From contig JBALVN010000001.1 of NCBI GenBank assembly GCA_036961455.1, positions 403,337-467,336 of the forward strand: 64,000 nucleotides of DNA, written 5' to 3'. Shown here one piece after another: positions 26,566-36,400 of this stretch; within the stretch, counting starts at the first letter, position 1; the number at the start of each line of letters is the position of its first letter. The notes beneath the pieces are model-generated. The model was not told where the DNA came from. It searched no databases and worked only from the letters and a program-made list of their open reading frames with translations. A program made the translations under genes and the position numbers. The stretch comes from Halioglobus sp. Lineage in GTDB: Bacteria > Pseudomonadota > Gammaproteobacteria > Pseudomonadales > Halieaceae.

Positions 26566-27246
26566 TCAGGCCGCGCGCAGGCTCTGGGTGACCACATGGC
26601 CGTCGAAAAGATTGATACTGCGACGGGCATAGTCGGCGTGGGCCGAGGAGTGCGTCACCATGACGATGGTTGTTCCCTCGTCGTTGAGGCCCTGTAACAT
26701 TTCCATCACTTCCTGCCCGTGGACGCTGTCGAGGTTGCCAGTGGGTTCATCTGCCAGGATCAGCGATTGATCACCCACTACCGCCCGTGCCACCGCGACC
26801 CGCTGCTGCTGGCCGCCTGAGAGCTGGCTGGGGCGGTGCTTGGCCCGGTGCGCGATACCAACCTTGTCCATGACCTGCTCAGTGCGGTGCTTGCGTTCTT
26901 TGCCACCGATATCGTGGTAGAGCAACGCGAGCTCGATATTTTCCTGCACACTCAGTTCATCGATTAAATTGAAGTTCTGGAAGATGAAGCCAATGTTCCG
27001 CTTGCGAATCTGGCTCAGCCGTGACTCGCCATAGCCGGCCACGTTCTCACCCATAAACAGGTACTCTCCGTCGCTTGGCCGGTCCAGCATGCCAATCACG
27101 TTCAACAGGGTTGACTTGCCACAACCGGAGGGACCCATCACGGCGACAAACTCACCCTGGTCAATGCCGATGTTGACGGCGTTCAGGGCCACGGTTTCGA
27201 CCTCATCGGTGCGGTATGTTTTTGACAGCTGGTTCATTTTTAACAT
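26566..27246 (-). CDS. ABC transporter ATP-binding protein (MacB/LolD-like)
   Basis: It has Walker A GPSGCGKST, the signature LSGGQQQR, and Walker B ILADEPT. GAGGAAG lies 5 nt before the ATG at 27246. The ORF track's 27273 start is also possible. Confidence 0.9.
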   Translation of the reverse strand: MLKMNQLSKTYRTDEVETVALNAVNIGIDQGEFVAVMGPSGCGKSTLLNVIGMLDRPSDGEYLFMGENVAGYGESRLSQIRKRNIGFIFQNFNLIDELSVQENIELALLYHDIGGKERKHRTEQVMDKVGIAHRAKHRPSQLSGGQQQRVAVARAVVGDQSLILADEPTGNLDSVHGQEVMEMLQGLNDEGTTIVMVTHSSAHADYARRSINLFDGHVVTQSLRAA

Positions 27247-27290
27247 TGTTACTTCCTCAAGTGATTGCTTCATATACTGCTATTTTTGGC

Positions 27291-28619
27291 TCAATCTGCC
27301 TTGTTCATTACCAGTCGATCCATATCCCTGAAAGCGCTGTAGGGGGACGTAATAACCTGCTCGCCCTGCTGCAACCCGTCCAGTACCTCAATAAAGTTGG
27401 TATTGCGACGGCCAAATTTCACCGTCCGTTTGGCCGCGCTGTTGCCGTCTGGGCTGACAACGAAAATCCACTGGCCACCCGTGTCCTGGAAGAAAGAGCC
27501 ATTGGGAATGAGCAGGGCCTCACTGGCATCACCCAGGGTTAGTTTGGACTGAATGGTCTGGCCGCGGCGGAGATCGCCCGGGGCTTCTGCGACGAACTTT
27601 ATGTCAATTTCGAACTGTCCCTTTTCCACGTTGGGATAGATCTTGGCGATACGGAGGCGGTGGGTACGGCCACCGCGCTCGAATTCCACGACCTGGTCGA
27701 TGTCGACCCTGCCCAGGTAAAACTCGTCGATGTTAGCCACCAGTTTAAACTCGTTGGGGTTGTCGATCTGGCCAAGGCGCATGCCGCGTGCCACGTTCTG
27801 GCCAATTTCCATGCTGAAGCCGGAAATTCTGCCAGCCACTGGTGCCCTGACATTGAGATCCTCCAGGCTGGCGCGTGCATGGGTCAGGTTTTCTTCCATC
27901 ATTGCGGTGTTGTCACTGAAGAAAGCCAGTTGGTTGGCCATCAACCTCTCATCGGAAGCCTGGCTCTCCAGGGTGACAACACGGCGTGCGCGGTAGTAAG
28001 CAAGTTCATCGACGAGATCGTCATAGTTGGACTGGGCAGCGTGCCCCTTGGCCAATAGTTCCTCGCGTCTGGCAATCTCCCGTTCCAGACGTCGGACCTG
28101 GTAGTCCACTTCAACGAGCGTGCGCTTGTGGGAGAGGCGATTTTGCTCCAACCGCAGTTCCTGGTCGCGCATGCTGTTGAGTTGCTCCATCACGCGGGAT
28201 TCGGTGTTCATAACACTCAGTTGCAGATCGGAGTTGGACAGGCGCACGATTGCCTGTCCCGCCACGACCGCGACGCCGTCCTCCACCAGGACTTCCTCCA
28301 CACGCCCACCTTGCACTGCATCGAGGAACACCGTCTTCAGGGGCGCCGCCCGGGCTCGCACCGGGATGGTATCCTCAAAAACTCCCGCGACGACTGGTGA
28401 GACCATCAGTCGATTATCGGCGACCGTAAGGCTGCGACCGGCCGGTGACATGAACCCGAACCAGGCAGTGAGAACCAGCAGAACTAGAACCACAGCCGCG
28501 CTCGTCGCTCTGAAAGGAAAGCGCTTTTTCACTATGAGCCGATCCATGGGGCTGTTACCCGTTGGCACATTGGCAGAGGTTGGGTCTGCGGCCTTTTCCA
28601 TTGAACTGATGGTGCCCAT
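27291..28619 (-). CDS. HlyD-family periplasmic adaptor (membrane fusion protein)
   Basis: It has an N-terminal TM helix, a coiled-coil hairpin and a beta-barrel pattern. It is the first gene of an operon with the ABC ATPase and permease. Confidence 0.85.
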   Translation of the reverse strand: MGTISSMEKAADPTSANVPTGNSPMDRLIVKKRFPFRATSAAVVLVLLVLTAWFGFMSPAGRSLTVADNRLMVSPVVAGVFEDTIPVRARAAPLKTVFLDAVQGGRVEEVLVEDGVAVVAGQAIVRLSNSDLQLSVMNTESRVMEQLNSMRDQELRLEQNRLSHKRTLVEVDYQVRRLEREIARREELLAKGHAAQSNYDDLVDELAYYRARRVVTLESQASDERLMANQLAFFSDNTAMMEENLTHARASLEDLNVRAPVAGRISGFSMEIGQNVARGMRLGQIDNPNEFKLVANIDEFYLGRVDIDQVVEFERGGRTHRLRIAKIYPNVEKGQFEIDIKFVAEAPGDLRRGQTIQSKLTLGDASEALLIPNGSFFQDTGGQWIFVVSPDGNSAAKRTVKFGRRNTNFIEVLDGLQQGEQVITSPYSAFRDMDRLVMNKAD

Positions 28620-28702
28620 GATTTGCTTCCTGTTGCCGGGCCTGAGCCCCTTTGCGGGCGCCGGTTGCTTGCGACTGCCCTGATTGACTTACTGTGGGGT
28701 GT

Positions 28703-28718
28703 TGCAAAGCGCGGGCCA
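28703..28718 (-). promoter_or_regulatory. sigma-54 (-24/-12) promoter for the HlyD-ABC-FtsX operon
   Basis: The - strand reads TGGCCCGCGCTTTGCA, with GG-N10-GC spacing and TTGCA at -12. It lies ~85 nt upstream of the hlyD ATG. Confidence 0.65.
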
Positions 28719-28782
28719 ACTACCTATGTCATTGATAATAAACAATAAAATCTAAAGTCGATCAAAAAATGGCCAGTGGAAG

Positions 28783-28819
28783 TGTACGAAAATGAACACA
28801 CACTGTACGATATCGAACA
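28783..28819. promoter_or_regulatory. two TGT-N10-ACA dyads 21 bp apart (candidate enhancer-binding-protein sites)
   Basis: TGTACGAAAATGAACA is at 28783-28798 and TGTACGATATCGAACA at 28804-28819. They lie 65-115 bp upstream of the sigma-54 promoter and 25-60 bp upstream of the regulator ATG. Confidence 0.5.
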
Positions 28820-28843
28820 CTCTGGCATGGTTTACGGATAACA

Positions 28844-30262
28844 ATGGACACCAAAATCCTGATTGTTGACGACGACGAGGACATCCTCGTGGCTGGGCGG
28901 CTGCTACTGAAGCGGCATTTCGGTCATGTGCAGATCTGCGCCGACCCCACTGACATACCGGTTCTGCTAACGGCCAACCGCTATGACGCCATTATGCTGG
29001 ACATGAACTTTTCACCGGGGGAGAGTAGCGGTGCGCAGGGGTTCAACTGGCTGGCTCGCATCCTCGAATTGGATCCCGATGCGGTGGTAGTGATGATTAC
29101 GGCCCACGGCAGCGTGGACCTGGCGGTGGAGGCGATGAAGCACGGCGCCACGGATTTCGTCGCCAAGCCCTGGCAGAATGAAAAAGTCGTGGCGACCCTG
29201 TCTGCTGCCGTGCAATTGAGGGCCAGTCGTGCGGAAGCGGAATCCTTGAAACGCAGCAACCAGGCCTTGGTCGCCGCCAGTCACGACAGTGAGCAGTCGC
29301 TGCTTGGCAGTTCCGATGCTATTCAAGAGGTGCTGTCCCTGGTTGAGCGGTCCGCGCCTACGGATGCCAATATCCTGATCATGGGTGAGAACGGGACCGG
29401 TAAGGAGTTGGTGGCCAGGATGCTGCATCAGCAAAGTCACCGCGCCAGCGGCGTGTTCATGTCGGTAGACCTTGGCGCCGTTTCGGAAACACTGTTTGAA
29501 TCGGAGTTGTTTGGTCACCGCAAGGGCGCATTCACCGGTGCCACCGAGGATCGGGTGGGCAGATTGGAGGCGGCCAATGGCGGCTCCCTGTTCCTCGATG
29601 AAATCGGAAACCTGTCGCTGCAGTTGCAAGCCAAATTGCTATCCGTGTTGGAACAGCGCCGGGTAATTCCCGTGGGAAGAAATGAGGCTGTTCCTTTCGA
29701 CGTGCGGGTTATCTCTGCAACCAATGTCAGCCGCGAGCAGCTGGCGGATGAAAGTCGTTTCCGCCAGGATCTGCTGTTCAGACTCAATACCGTGGAGCTG
29801 ACCTTGCCACCCCTGCGACAGCGGGTGGCTGATATCGAGGGAATAGCGATCCATTACGCCCGTTTTTACGCGCGCAAATACCACAAGCCCGACAAGCAAT
29901 TTTCTGCCACGGCCATGGCGGCCATGCAGGCATACTCATGGCCGGGTAATGTGCGGGCGTTACGCCACGCGATAGAGCGCGCGGTGATACTTTCCCAGCA
30001 AGCGGCCTATGAAACTGCTGATCTGCAACTCGATGCTCCCCAGCCACAGGGGCAAGGACAGGTTATGTCGGAAACGGCCGGAGGGGCTGTGCCCGCAGCG
30101 GGTGATCCTGGTCCGGACACGGATCTCAACCTGGAACGAATGGAGTCACGCCTGATTGAAACCGCGCTGAAGCAGCACCGTTACAACATAAGTCATGCTG
30201 CCAGGCAGCTGGGCCTGACCCGCGCCGCCCTTTACCGGAGGATGGAAAAGCATGGTCTTTAG
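28844..30262 (+). CDS. sigma-54-dependent response regulator (NtrC family)
   Basis: It combines a receiver domain (DDDEDIL..D..), an AAA+ domain (GENGTGKE, GAFTGA) and a C-terminal Fis-type HTH. Confidence 0.9.
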   Translation: MDTKILIVDDDEDILVAGRLLLKRHFGHVQICADPTDIPVLLTANRYDAIMLDMNFSPGESSGAQGFNWLARILELDPDAVVVMITAHGSVDLAVEAMKHGATDFVAKPWQNEKVVATLSAAVQLRASRAEAESLKRSNQALVAASHDSEQSLLGSSDAIQEVLSLVERSAPTDANILIMGENGTGKELVARMLHQQSHRASGVFMSVDLGAVSETLFESELFGHRKGAFTGATEDRVGRLEAANGGSLFLDEIGNLSLQLQAKLLSVLEQRRVIPVGRNEAVPFDVRVISATNVSREQLADESRFRQDLLFRLNTVELTLPPLRQRVADIEGIAIHYARFYARKYHKPDKQFSATAMAAMQAYSWPGNVRALRHAIERAVILSQQAAYETADLQLDAPQPQGQGQVMSETAGGAVPAAGDPGPDTDLNLERMESRLIETALKQHRYNISHAARQLGLTRAALYRRMEKHGL

Positions 30263-31604
30263 GAGCTTTCCGGTACAGGTGGGCCTGCGGGTAGTACTGT
30301 TCGCCCTGGTACTGATGGCTCTGGCCTATCTCATGCAGGTGCCTGGATATCCCACCCTGAGGGTGATTCTCGTCCTGGTGGTTTTGTCGCAACTGTTGGA
30401 GATGTTTCGTTACATCAGCCGAACCAATGCAGAATTGACGCGCTTCCTCGACGCGGTGCGTTACGCGGATTTTGGTCAGCGTTTTCAAATGCAGAGTATG
30501 GGCGTCGGTTTCGAAGAACTGGGAGAGGTTTTCACTGATATTGTTCGTCGTTTCCAGGAGCAACGTTCCGAGCAGGAAGAAAGCTTTCGTCATCTGAAGG
30601 CGCTCATGGAGCATGTGCCAGTACCACTGCTTTCCCTGCAAACCGATGGTCACGTGGTACTGCACAACAACGCGTCGCGGCGTTTATTCGGGAACGTGCG
30701 GGTAGAGCAGGTGGAAGATTTGCAGGCGTTTGGGGAAGACTTCTACGCGCATATGGCGGCTGTCTCACCGGGAGAGCGCCGCCTGGCCTTGTTCCAGGCC
30801 GATGGTGTAGAACAGCGTCTGACCGTATCGACCACTGAAATCGCTGTTGCTGGTCACGTCGAGCGGCTGGTCAGTTTACAGGACATCCAGAGTGAACTGG
30901 ACGGCGTGCAACTACAGGCCTGGCAGGACCTGGTGCGGGTGCTGACCCATGAGATCATGAACAGCATTACTCCGGTGGCGTCGCTGGCCAAGACCGCGGC
31001 CGATCTTGTCGACGATGCAATCAGCAAGGTCGCCGCTTACCCGGAAGTGGTGGAGGAACTGGCAGATGTTAAGAGCGCGGTGGAAACCGTCGCACGGCGC
31101 TCTGACGGGCTCATGCAGTTTGTGCAGAGTTATCGCCAACTGACCCGACTTCCCGTGCCCAAGAAACAAACTGTTCTTCTTACCGATCTTTTTGCCAATG
31201 TGGAGAAACTGGCGACAGGTGATTGGGAGGACTTGGATATCAAGCTCTCGTCGAGTGTGGAGCCCCCCGGCCTGCAACTGGAAGCGGACCCGGACATGCT
31301 GGAGCAGGTTTTATTGAACCTGTTACAGAATGCGGAGCAGGCCCTGGCCAACCGTGTTATTGCCCGGGTCGATTTGGCGGCCAGCCTGAACCGGCAGGGT
31401 CGGGTGTTTATAGAGGTTTCAGATACTGGGCCGGGTATTCCCGAGGACGTCTCTGAGAAAGTATTTGTACCCTTTTTCACAACCAAGCGGGAAGGTTCCG
31501 GGGTGGGTCTGGCGCTGACCCGACAGGTGATGCTTTCGCACGGAGGTAGTGCCAGGCTGACTGCGAATCCCCGCGGCGGCGCGACTTTTGTCCTGACTTT
31601 CTAG
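30252..31604 (+). CDS. sensor histidine kinase (NtrB/AtoS-like)
   Basis: It has two N-terminal TM helices, the H-box THEIMNSITP, and N, G1 and G2 boxes (DTGPGI, GSGVGLAL). It overlaps the regulator gene by 11 nt. Confidence 0.85.
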   Translation: MVFRSFPVQVGLRVVLFALVLMALAYLMQVPGYPTLRVILVLVVLSQLLEMFRYISRTNAELTRFLDAVRYADFGQRFQMQSMGVGFEELGEVFTDIVRRFQEQRSEQEESFRHLKALMEHVPVPLLSLQTDGHVVLHNNASRRLFGNVRVEQVEDLQAFGEDFYAHMAAVSPGERRLALFQADGVEQRLTVSTTEIAVAGHVERLVSLQDIQSELDGVQLQAWQDLVRVLTHEIMNSITPVASLAKTAADLVDDAISKVAAYPEVVEELADVKSAVETVARRSDGLMQFVQSYRQLTRLPVPKKQTVLLTDLFANVEKLATGDWEDLDIKLSSSVEPPGLQLEADPDMLEQVLLNLLQNAEQALANRVIARVDLAASLNRQGRVFIEVSDTGPGIPEDVSEKVFVPFFTTKREGSGVGLALTRQVMLSHGGSARLTANPRGGATFVLTF

Positions 31605-31901
31605 TGTGGTCACTAGCAACCCGCTGAGTATCGACACCTTAGGCTACCAGCACCGAACTATAGGACATACAGAGGGGCTATCGTATCGTAAGCAGGTCTC
31701 CTCATGGATACGAGTTACCAGGCCTGGCAATATCGCGAACAGCCGGTCTTGCGCATCAATTACTCGTGGAGTGTTAAAAAGAGCCGTTAATACTGTTGGG
31801 GCTCCTGCGAAAGAGTACTAATTTATTTGGTTTCTGGACGGTCTGGGAAAACTGACCGGGCGAAATTCCAGGAAGCGAATGCCGTGGCCAAAGGCTGGAG
31901 A

Positions 31902-31916
31902 TAAGTAAACTGTCCC
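31902..31916 (+). repeat. solo right-end IR (TAAGTAAACTGTCCC) next to the tmRNA 3' end
   Basis: It matches IR-R of the RAYT family. A possibly degenerate left arm, GGGAAAACTGACC, lies at ~31845. Confidence 0.55.
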
Positions 31917-31941
31917 TCCAATTACCGTCCGGAATCTACGC

Positions 31942-31972
31942 AAAAAAAAGGCCACCAATTGGTGACCCTTTT
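31942..31972 (-). terminator. Rho-independent terminator of ssrA
   Basis: The - strand reads AAAAGGGTCACCAATTGGTGGCC followed by TTTTTTTT, immediately after the tmRNA CCA end. Confidence 0.7.
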
Positions 31973-31978
31973 CTAATG

Positions 31979-32368
31979 TGGTGGAGGCGGCCGGAATTGA
32001 ACCGGCGTCCGCCAGACCTCTGCCTTCGGCTCTACATGCTTAGTTTCCGTTAATTAATTTAGCTGCACACAGCCCAACGGGCAGGACGTGATTAGCGATT
32101 TCTGTAAAGTTTTAGCGGCGCCGTCCAGAACATACTTTGCCGCGAGCCAGTTCTTTATGACAGTCAATAACGCGGGGCTGGCACCTTGTCATTGACCGCT
32201 AGGGCCGAAGCCTCTAGATGGTGTCTAGTGACTGCTTACGCAGCCAGTTGAGCACCGTAGTTGTCGTCGTTGGCAACTAATAGTTTGCAGCTTTGGATTA
32301 ACGTGATTGGCTACCATCACGGCATGCACCTTAGGGTTTGTATCCGTCGTCGAATCCAAATCGCCCCC
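31979..32368 (-). ncRNA. ssrA: tmRNA (SsrA), tag peptide ANDDNYGAQLAA
   Basis: The 5' end GGGGGCGATTTGGATTCGACG and 3' end GGACGCCGGTTCAATTCCGGCCGCCTCCACCA match the tmRNA acceptor/T-arm. The tag ORF GCC AAC GAC GAC AAC TAC GGT GCT CAA CTG GCT GCG TAA is at 32236-32274. Confidence 0.93.
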
Positions 32369-32507
32369 AGTGAACTTCTATTGTAACCCATTAGATGGGG
32401 TCTGGTTTGGCAATTTTCAAGGCTAGGGCAGTATCGGGTGTATTCGCTTTGCTGGCTCCAAGGGGGCGCCCCGGTGTATTCTGCCGGTATCTTTTAGCGG
32501 GAGTCTG

Positions 32508-33332
32508 GTGATGGAAGGGATGATACCCCTGGTTTTAACCATGTTGGCCACTGGTGTGGTGGCGGGGCTTATTGCTGGCCTGCTGGGCGTGGGCGGCGGC
32601 ATTGTGATTGTGCCGGTGCTGGACACTGCGTTGGCCATTCGCGGGGTCGACCCCGCCATTCGTATGCATGTGGCGGTGGGCACCTCGCTGGCCACCATTA
32701 TCTTTACTTCTATCTCCTCGGCCCGCGCACACCACGCCCAGGGCGCGGTAGACATGGACCTGGTGAAGCTGTGGGGGCCGTTTATATTTGTCGGCTCGTT
32801 AATGGGGTCGGTTGCTGCCGCCCAGGTTGAAAGTATTGTGCTGGCAGCCATATTTGGGGTGGTGGCATTGCTCATCGCCATTCAAATGCTGTTGCCGCTG
32901 GATAACTATCGGCCCTGGAAGCAGGTGCCCAAAGGTGCGGGCAGTATTATCGCCCCCACCTTCATTGGCGGACTTTCATCCATGATGGGCATTGGCGGCG
33001 GCACTTTCAGTGTCGCCACCCTGACCATGATGAGTCAGCCTATTCACCGGGCGGTGGGTACCGCGGCTGTCTTTGGCTTATTCATTGCTGTTCCCGGCAC
33101 CATTGGTTTCATTATCAACGGCCTGGGTGATCCCCGGTTACCTGCTGCCAATCTTGGCTATGTGAACCTGATTGGGGTGCTGCTGATAGCGCCCATGACC
33201 ATGCTAACGGCGCCCATAGGTGCGCGTGCTGCCCACAAACTGTCTAAGCGCCACCTCAGCCTGGCGTTCGGTTTTTTCCTGTTATTGGTTTCCGCGCGAA
33301 TGTTGGCGCGGGTGTTTGGCGTCGAGGTCTAA
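32508..33332 (+). CDS. TauE/SafE (DUF81) family anion exporter permease
   Basis: It has ~8 TM helices. The GLLGVGGGIVIVP and GIGGGTFSV motifs are typical of DUF81. Confidence 0.8.
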   Translation: MMEGMIPLVLTMLATGVVAGLIAGLLGVGGGIVIVPVLDTALAIRGVDPAIRMHVAVGTSLATIIFTSISSARAHHAQGAVDMDLVKLWGPFIFVGSLMGSVAAAQVESIVLAAIFGVVALLIAIQMLLPLDNYRPWKQVPKGAGSIIAPTFIGGLSSMMGIGGGTFSVATLTMMSQPIHRAVGTAAVFGLFIAVPGTIGFIINGLGDPRLPAANLGYVNLIGVLLIAPMTMLTAPIGARAAHKLSKRHLSLAFGFFLLLVSARMLARVFGVEV

Positions 33333-33409
33333 CCGGCTTATTCGATACAAGCCTTGTTCGAAAACCCTCTGGCAGTAGATGCCAGAGGGGATATACATTT
33401 TTCTTCGCT

Positions 33410-36400
33410 CTACCAGCCTGATTTATCTTTTAGCCGTTGCCTACCAAGCGATCCTGTCAGGGCGACAAGGGCAATCAGGAAGGGTAGAGGCAGCGATGGA
33501 ACCGGCGTAGGCAGTGCGTCTGGACCCGAGCCGCCTACCGCAAATGTCGCCGAGGCGTTGTTGTTGTCGGTGTTTCCATCTGGAACAGATCCGGCAGTGC
33601 TAATACTGGACGCGGCGGTGACTGACCCCGTAGCTGGCACAATGAACTCAAACGTAATGCCGGTATAGTCGGCGCTGGGAGACAGGTCGCTGGCGAGCCC
33701 CGTGAACGCCACAGAGCCGTCACCGGTGTTATAGGCCGCGGTCACGCCCGATGGCAGGTTGCTGAATACTACGCCATCTAGGCCAGGGCTCAGGGCGAGG
33801 GTGTAACTTACATCGGTTACCGTGGTCACGCCAAGATTCTGATAACTCACAGACCCTTGTACCGTGGTGCCAGGCTCGCCGGATGAAGGCATAGTGACGC
33901 CAGTCGCTAAATCTACGGTATCAACCCCTGGAGGGTTGGTAGCACAGGCCGGCGTTGCAGGCGGATAGGAGACCGACAGTGACTCGGTTGGGTTTACCGT
34001 GATCCTGACCGTCATGTTAGGTCTCACGTCAGAGGGGACGACGACCCATTCACCATTCACAAAGTCCCATCCCGGCCAGTCCGTTGGGTTGCCGTCGGCA
34101 TCAACTGCCGCTTCGGGCCAAAGAATACGCGTTCGGGACAGCGGCTGATCGGTAAGCGTTTGCACCACTGCACCACTGGCGCCCAAAAACTCAACCGTCG
34201 CGAGATCCGTTGGGTCGGGAGTAAAGCCCACTGGAGTCACTTCGTATTCAATGTACGGCGTGTCGTTGTCACAGACTGCCGTTATGTCGAGGGTGAGCGC
34301 CCTGACAGCAAGCGTGCTTGAAGAGGTATTGTTAGTCTCATCACCATCGACAATTGGCCCGCTGGTATCGATCGATGAAACCGCCTCTACCGAACCGTCG
34401 GCAGGAACAACGAATTCGAAGTTGATCCCGGTATAGGTGGCTCCAGGCGACAAGGAGGAGGGCAGGCCGGTAAAGCTCACGGTGCCGTCGGCGTCGTTGT
34501 ACAGCGCTGTCACGCCTGCAGGGAGAGTCGTGAATGTTACAGCGCCCAGCCCGGGAGTGAGCGTCAGTGAGTAACTGACATTCTCAACCGCATAAACTCC
34601 TATGTTCTCAAAGGACACCGTACCCTGCACGGTATCACCAGTTTCAGCGTCTGTCGGCAGTGTAGTTGTGGTGGCAAGGTCGACCGTATCGACGCCCGGA
34701 GGCTGTGCGGCACAGGCCGGAGTCGCTGGCGGGTAGCTAACGCTAATCGAATCTGTGGGATTTACGGTGATCCTGACCGTCATGTTAGGTCTCACGTCAG
34801 AGGGGACGACGACCCATTCACCATTCACAAAGTCCCATCCCGGCCAGTCCGTTGGGTTGCCGTCGGCATCAACTGCCGCTTCGGGCCAAAGAATACGCGT
34901 TCGGGACAGCGGCTGATCGGTAAGCGTTTGCACCACTGCACCACTGGCGCCCACAAATTCGATGGTGGCCAGATCTGCTGGGCCGGGAGTGAAGCCAGCG
35001 GCTGTGACCTCGTACTCTACGTAGGGCGTGTCTTTATCGCATATGCTAGCGGCCGCCACGTTGACGACCCTGTTTACGGTCATTGTGCTGGTGTCGTCAT
35101 CATTGTCGGGATCTATATCGGCGATTGCGCCTCCGACTGTAATGTCGGATGTTGCTGTAACAGTGCCTGCAGCAGGTGTTGTGAAGTCAAACAAAATACC
35201 TGACAGGTCTGTTCCGGGGAGTAGTATTGATGGAAGACCGGTGAAGGTGACCACTCCCGTTGCGCTTGAGTATGTAGCGCCAACACCCGCAGGCAGGTTG
35301 CTGAAGTTGACTGTGCCAAGTCCTGGGTCAAGGGTCAGTGATACCGAATCCAGGTAAACGCCGACAGGGCTATTGTTGACGAAAGACACCGAGCCTTGTG
35401 CGCCGGCACCGGGATTAGCAGAAGCCGGTAGTGATACGGTCGACAGCAAGTCTACATTCTCTGCACCCGGAGGCGCTGCGTAGCAGCTGGCGGCGATCGC
35501 CGGATAGGTTTCGGTGGTGGAATCGACGACACCATCAACAGTAAAGCGGATGCCTACGGTGGGCAAAACTGTAGAGGTCGTTGGCTGCCAATACCCGCTA
35601 TTAAAGACCCAGCCCGGCCACGAGGTGCCAACTCCGCCGCCATCAACCGAAGCGCCCGGCCACAGCACCCGCCCACCTGTAAGGGGCTGATTAGTCAGGG
35701 TGTCGACGACATTGTTGCCGCTGTCTATGAACTCAACGGTCGCACTACCAGATGGCGTGAAGAACTGGGCGGTCAGGTTGTAATCCACGTAAGGGAGGTC
35801 GTTAGCGCAGGACACTGCTGTACTGGACGTTATGACCCGCGTGCGGAACGACGTGCTGGACACAGAAGTGTTGTTGTCTAAAAGGTCGTCCGCCGGGTTG
35901 GCGCTAATATTTGCTGTTATCTCTACGCTGGAATCGTCGATGGCAGGGCCGGGGTAGGTAAAGCTAATGGCCAGAAACTCACCAAAGGGCAGATCATTCG
36001 GCATGCCGGTGAATGTGACCGCGCCTGTGCCCGCGTCATAGGAGGCCGTAACGCCCGCTGGAAGACTGGTAAAGGTGACACTTGCTGGTTTTGTTGTCGA
36101 TGACGTGCCGAATTCGAGGCTATAGGACACATCGGTGGCGTTATTGGGGCCAAGGCTCGCGAATGTAACGGCCCCGCCTACCGTGTTCCCTGTGTTTTCC
36201 ATTGAGGGAACACCGGTAATCTGAGCCGAGAGATCAAATGTAGAAACGATAAGCGGTTGAGTGGAAATGTTGTTTGCAGGCAGTGCGTCAGTAACGCCCG
36301 ACGCCTGTATCTCGGTCGTTGACGTGTATACGCCGGCGGCGGGGGCATTAAACGAGTAGGTGAGGCCGGTGATCCTGTCGCCAGCATTCAGGCTACTAGG

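Noticed and set aside
28561-28580. TTGGCACATTGGCAGAGG on the + strand as a sigma-54 promoter for the regulator gene.
   Set aside because: It lacks the TTGC -12 element at the correct spacing and lies inside the hlyD coding sequence.
31605-31978. A prophage or island integration scar at the ssrA 3' end.
   Set aside because: There is no integrase ORF and no visible duplication of the tmRNA 3' segment. Only a solo IR of the RAYT family and a terminator are present.
32380-32385. TACAAT as the -10 box of an ssrA promoter.
   Set aside because: The -10-like hexamer is plausible. However, no convincing -35 lies at 16-18 nt spacing, and the primary transcript start cannot be fixed from sequence alone. 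It is too weak to list as a feature.
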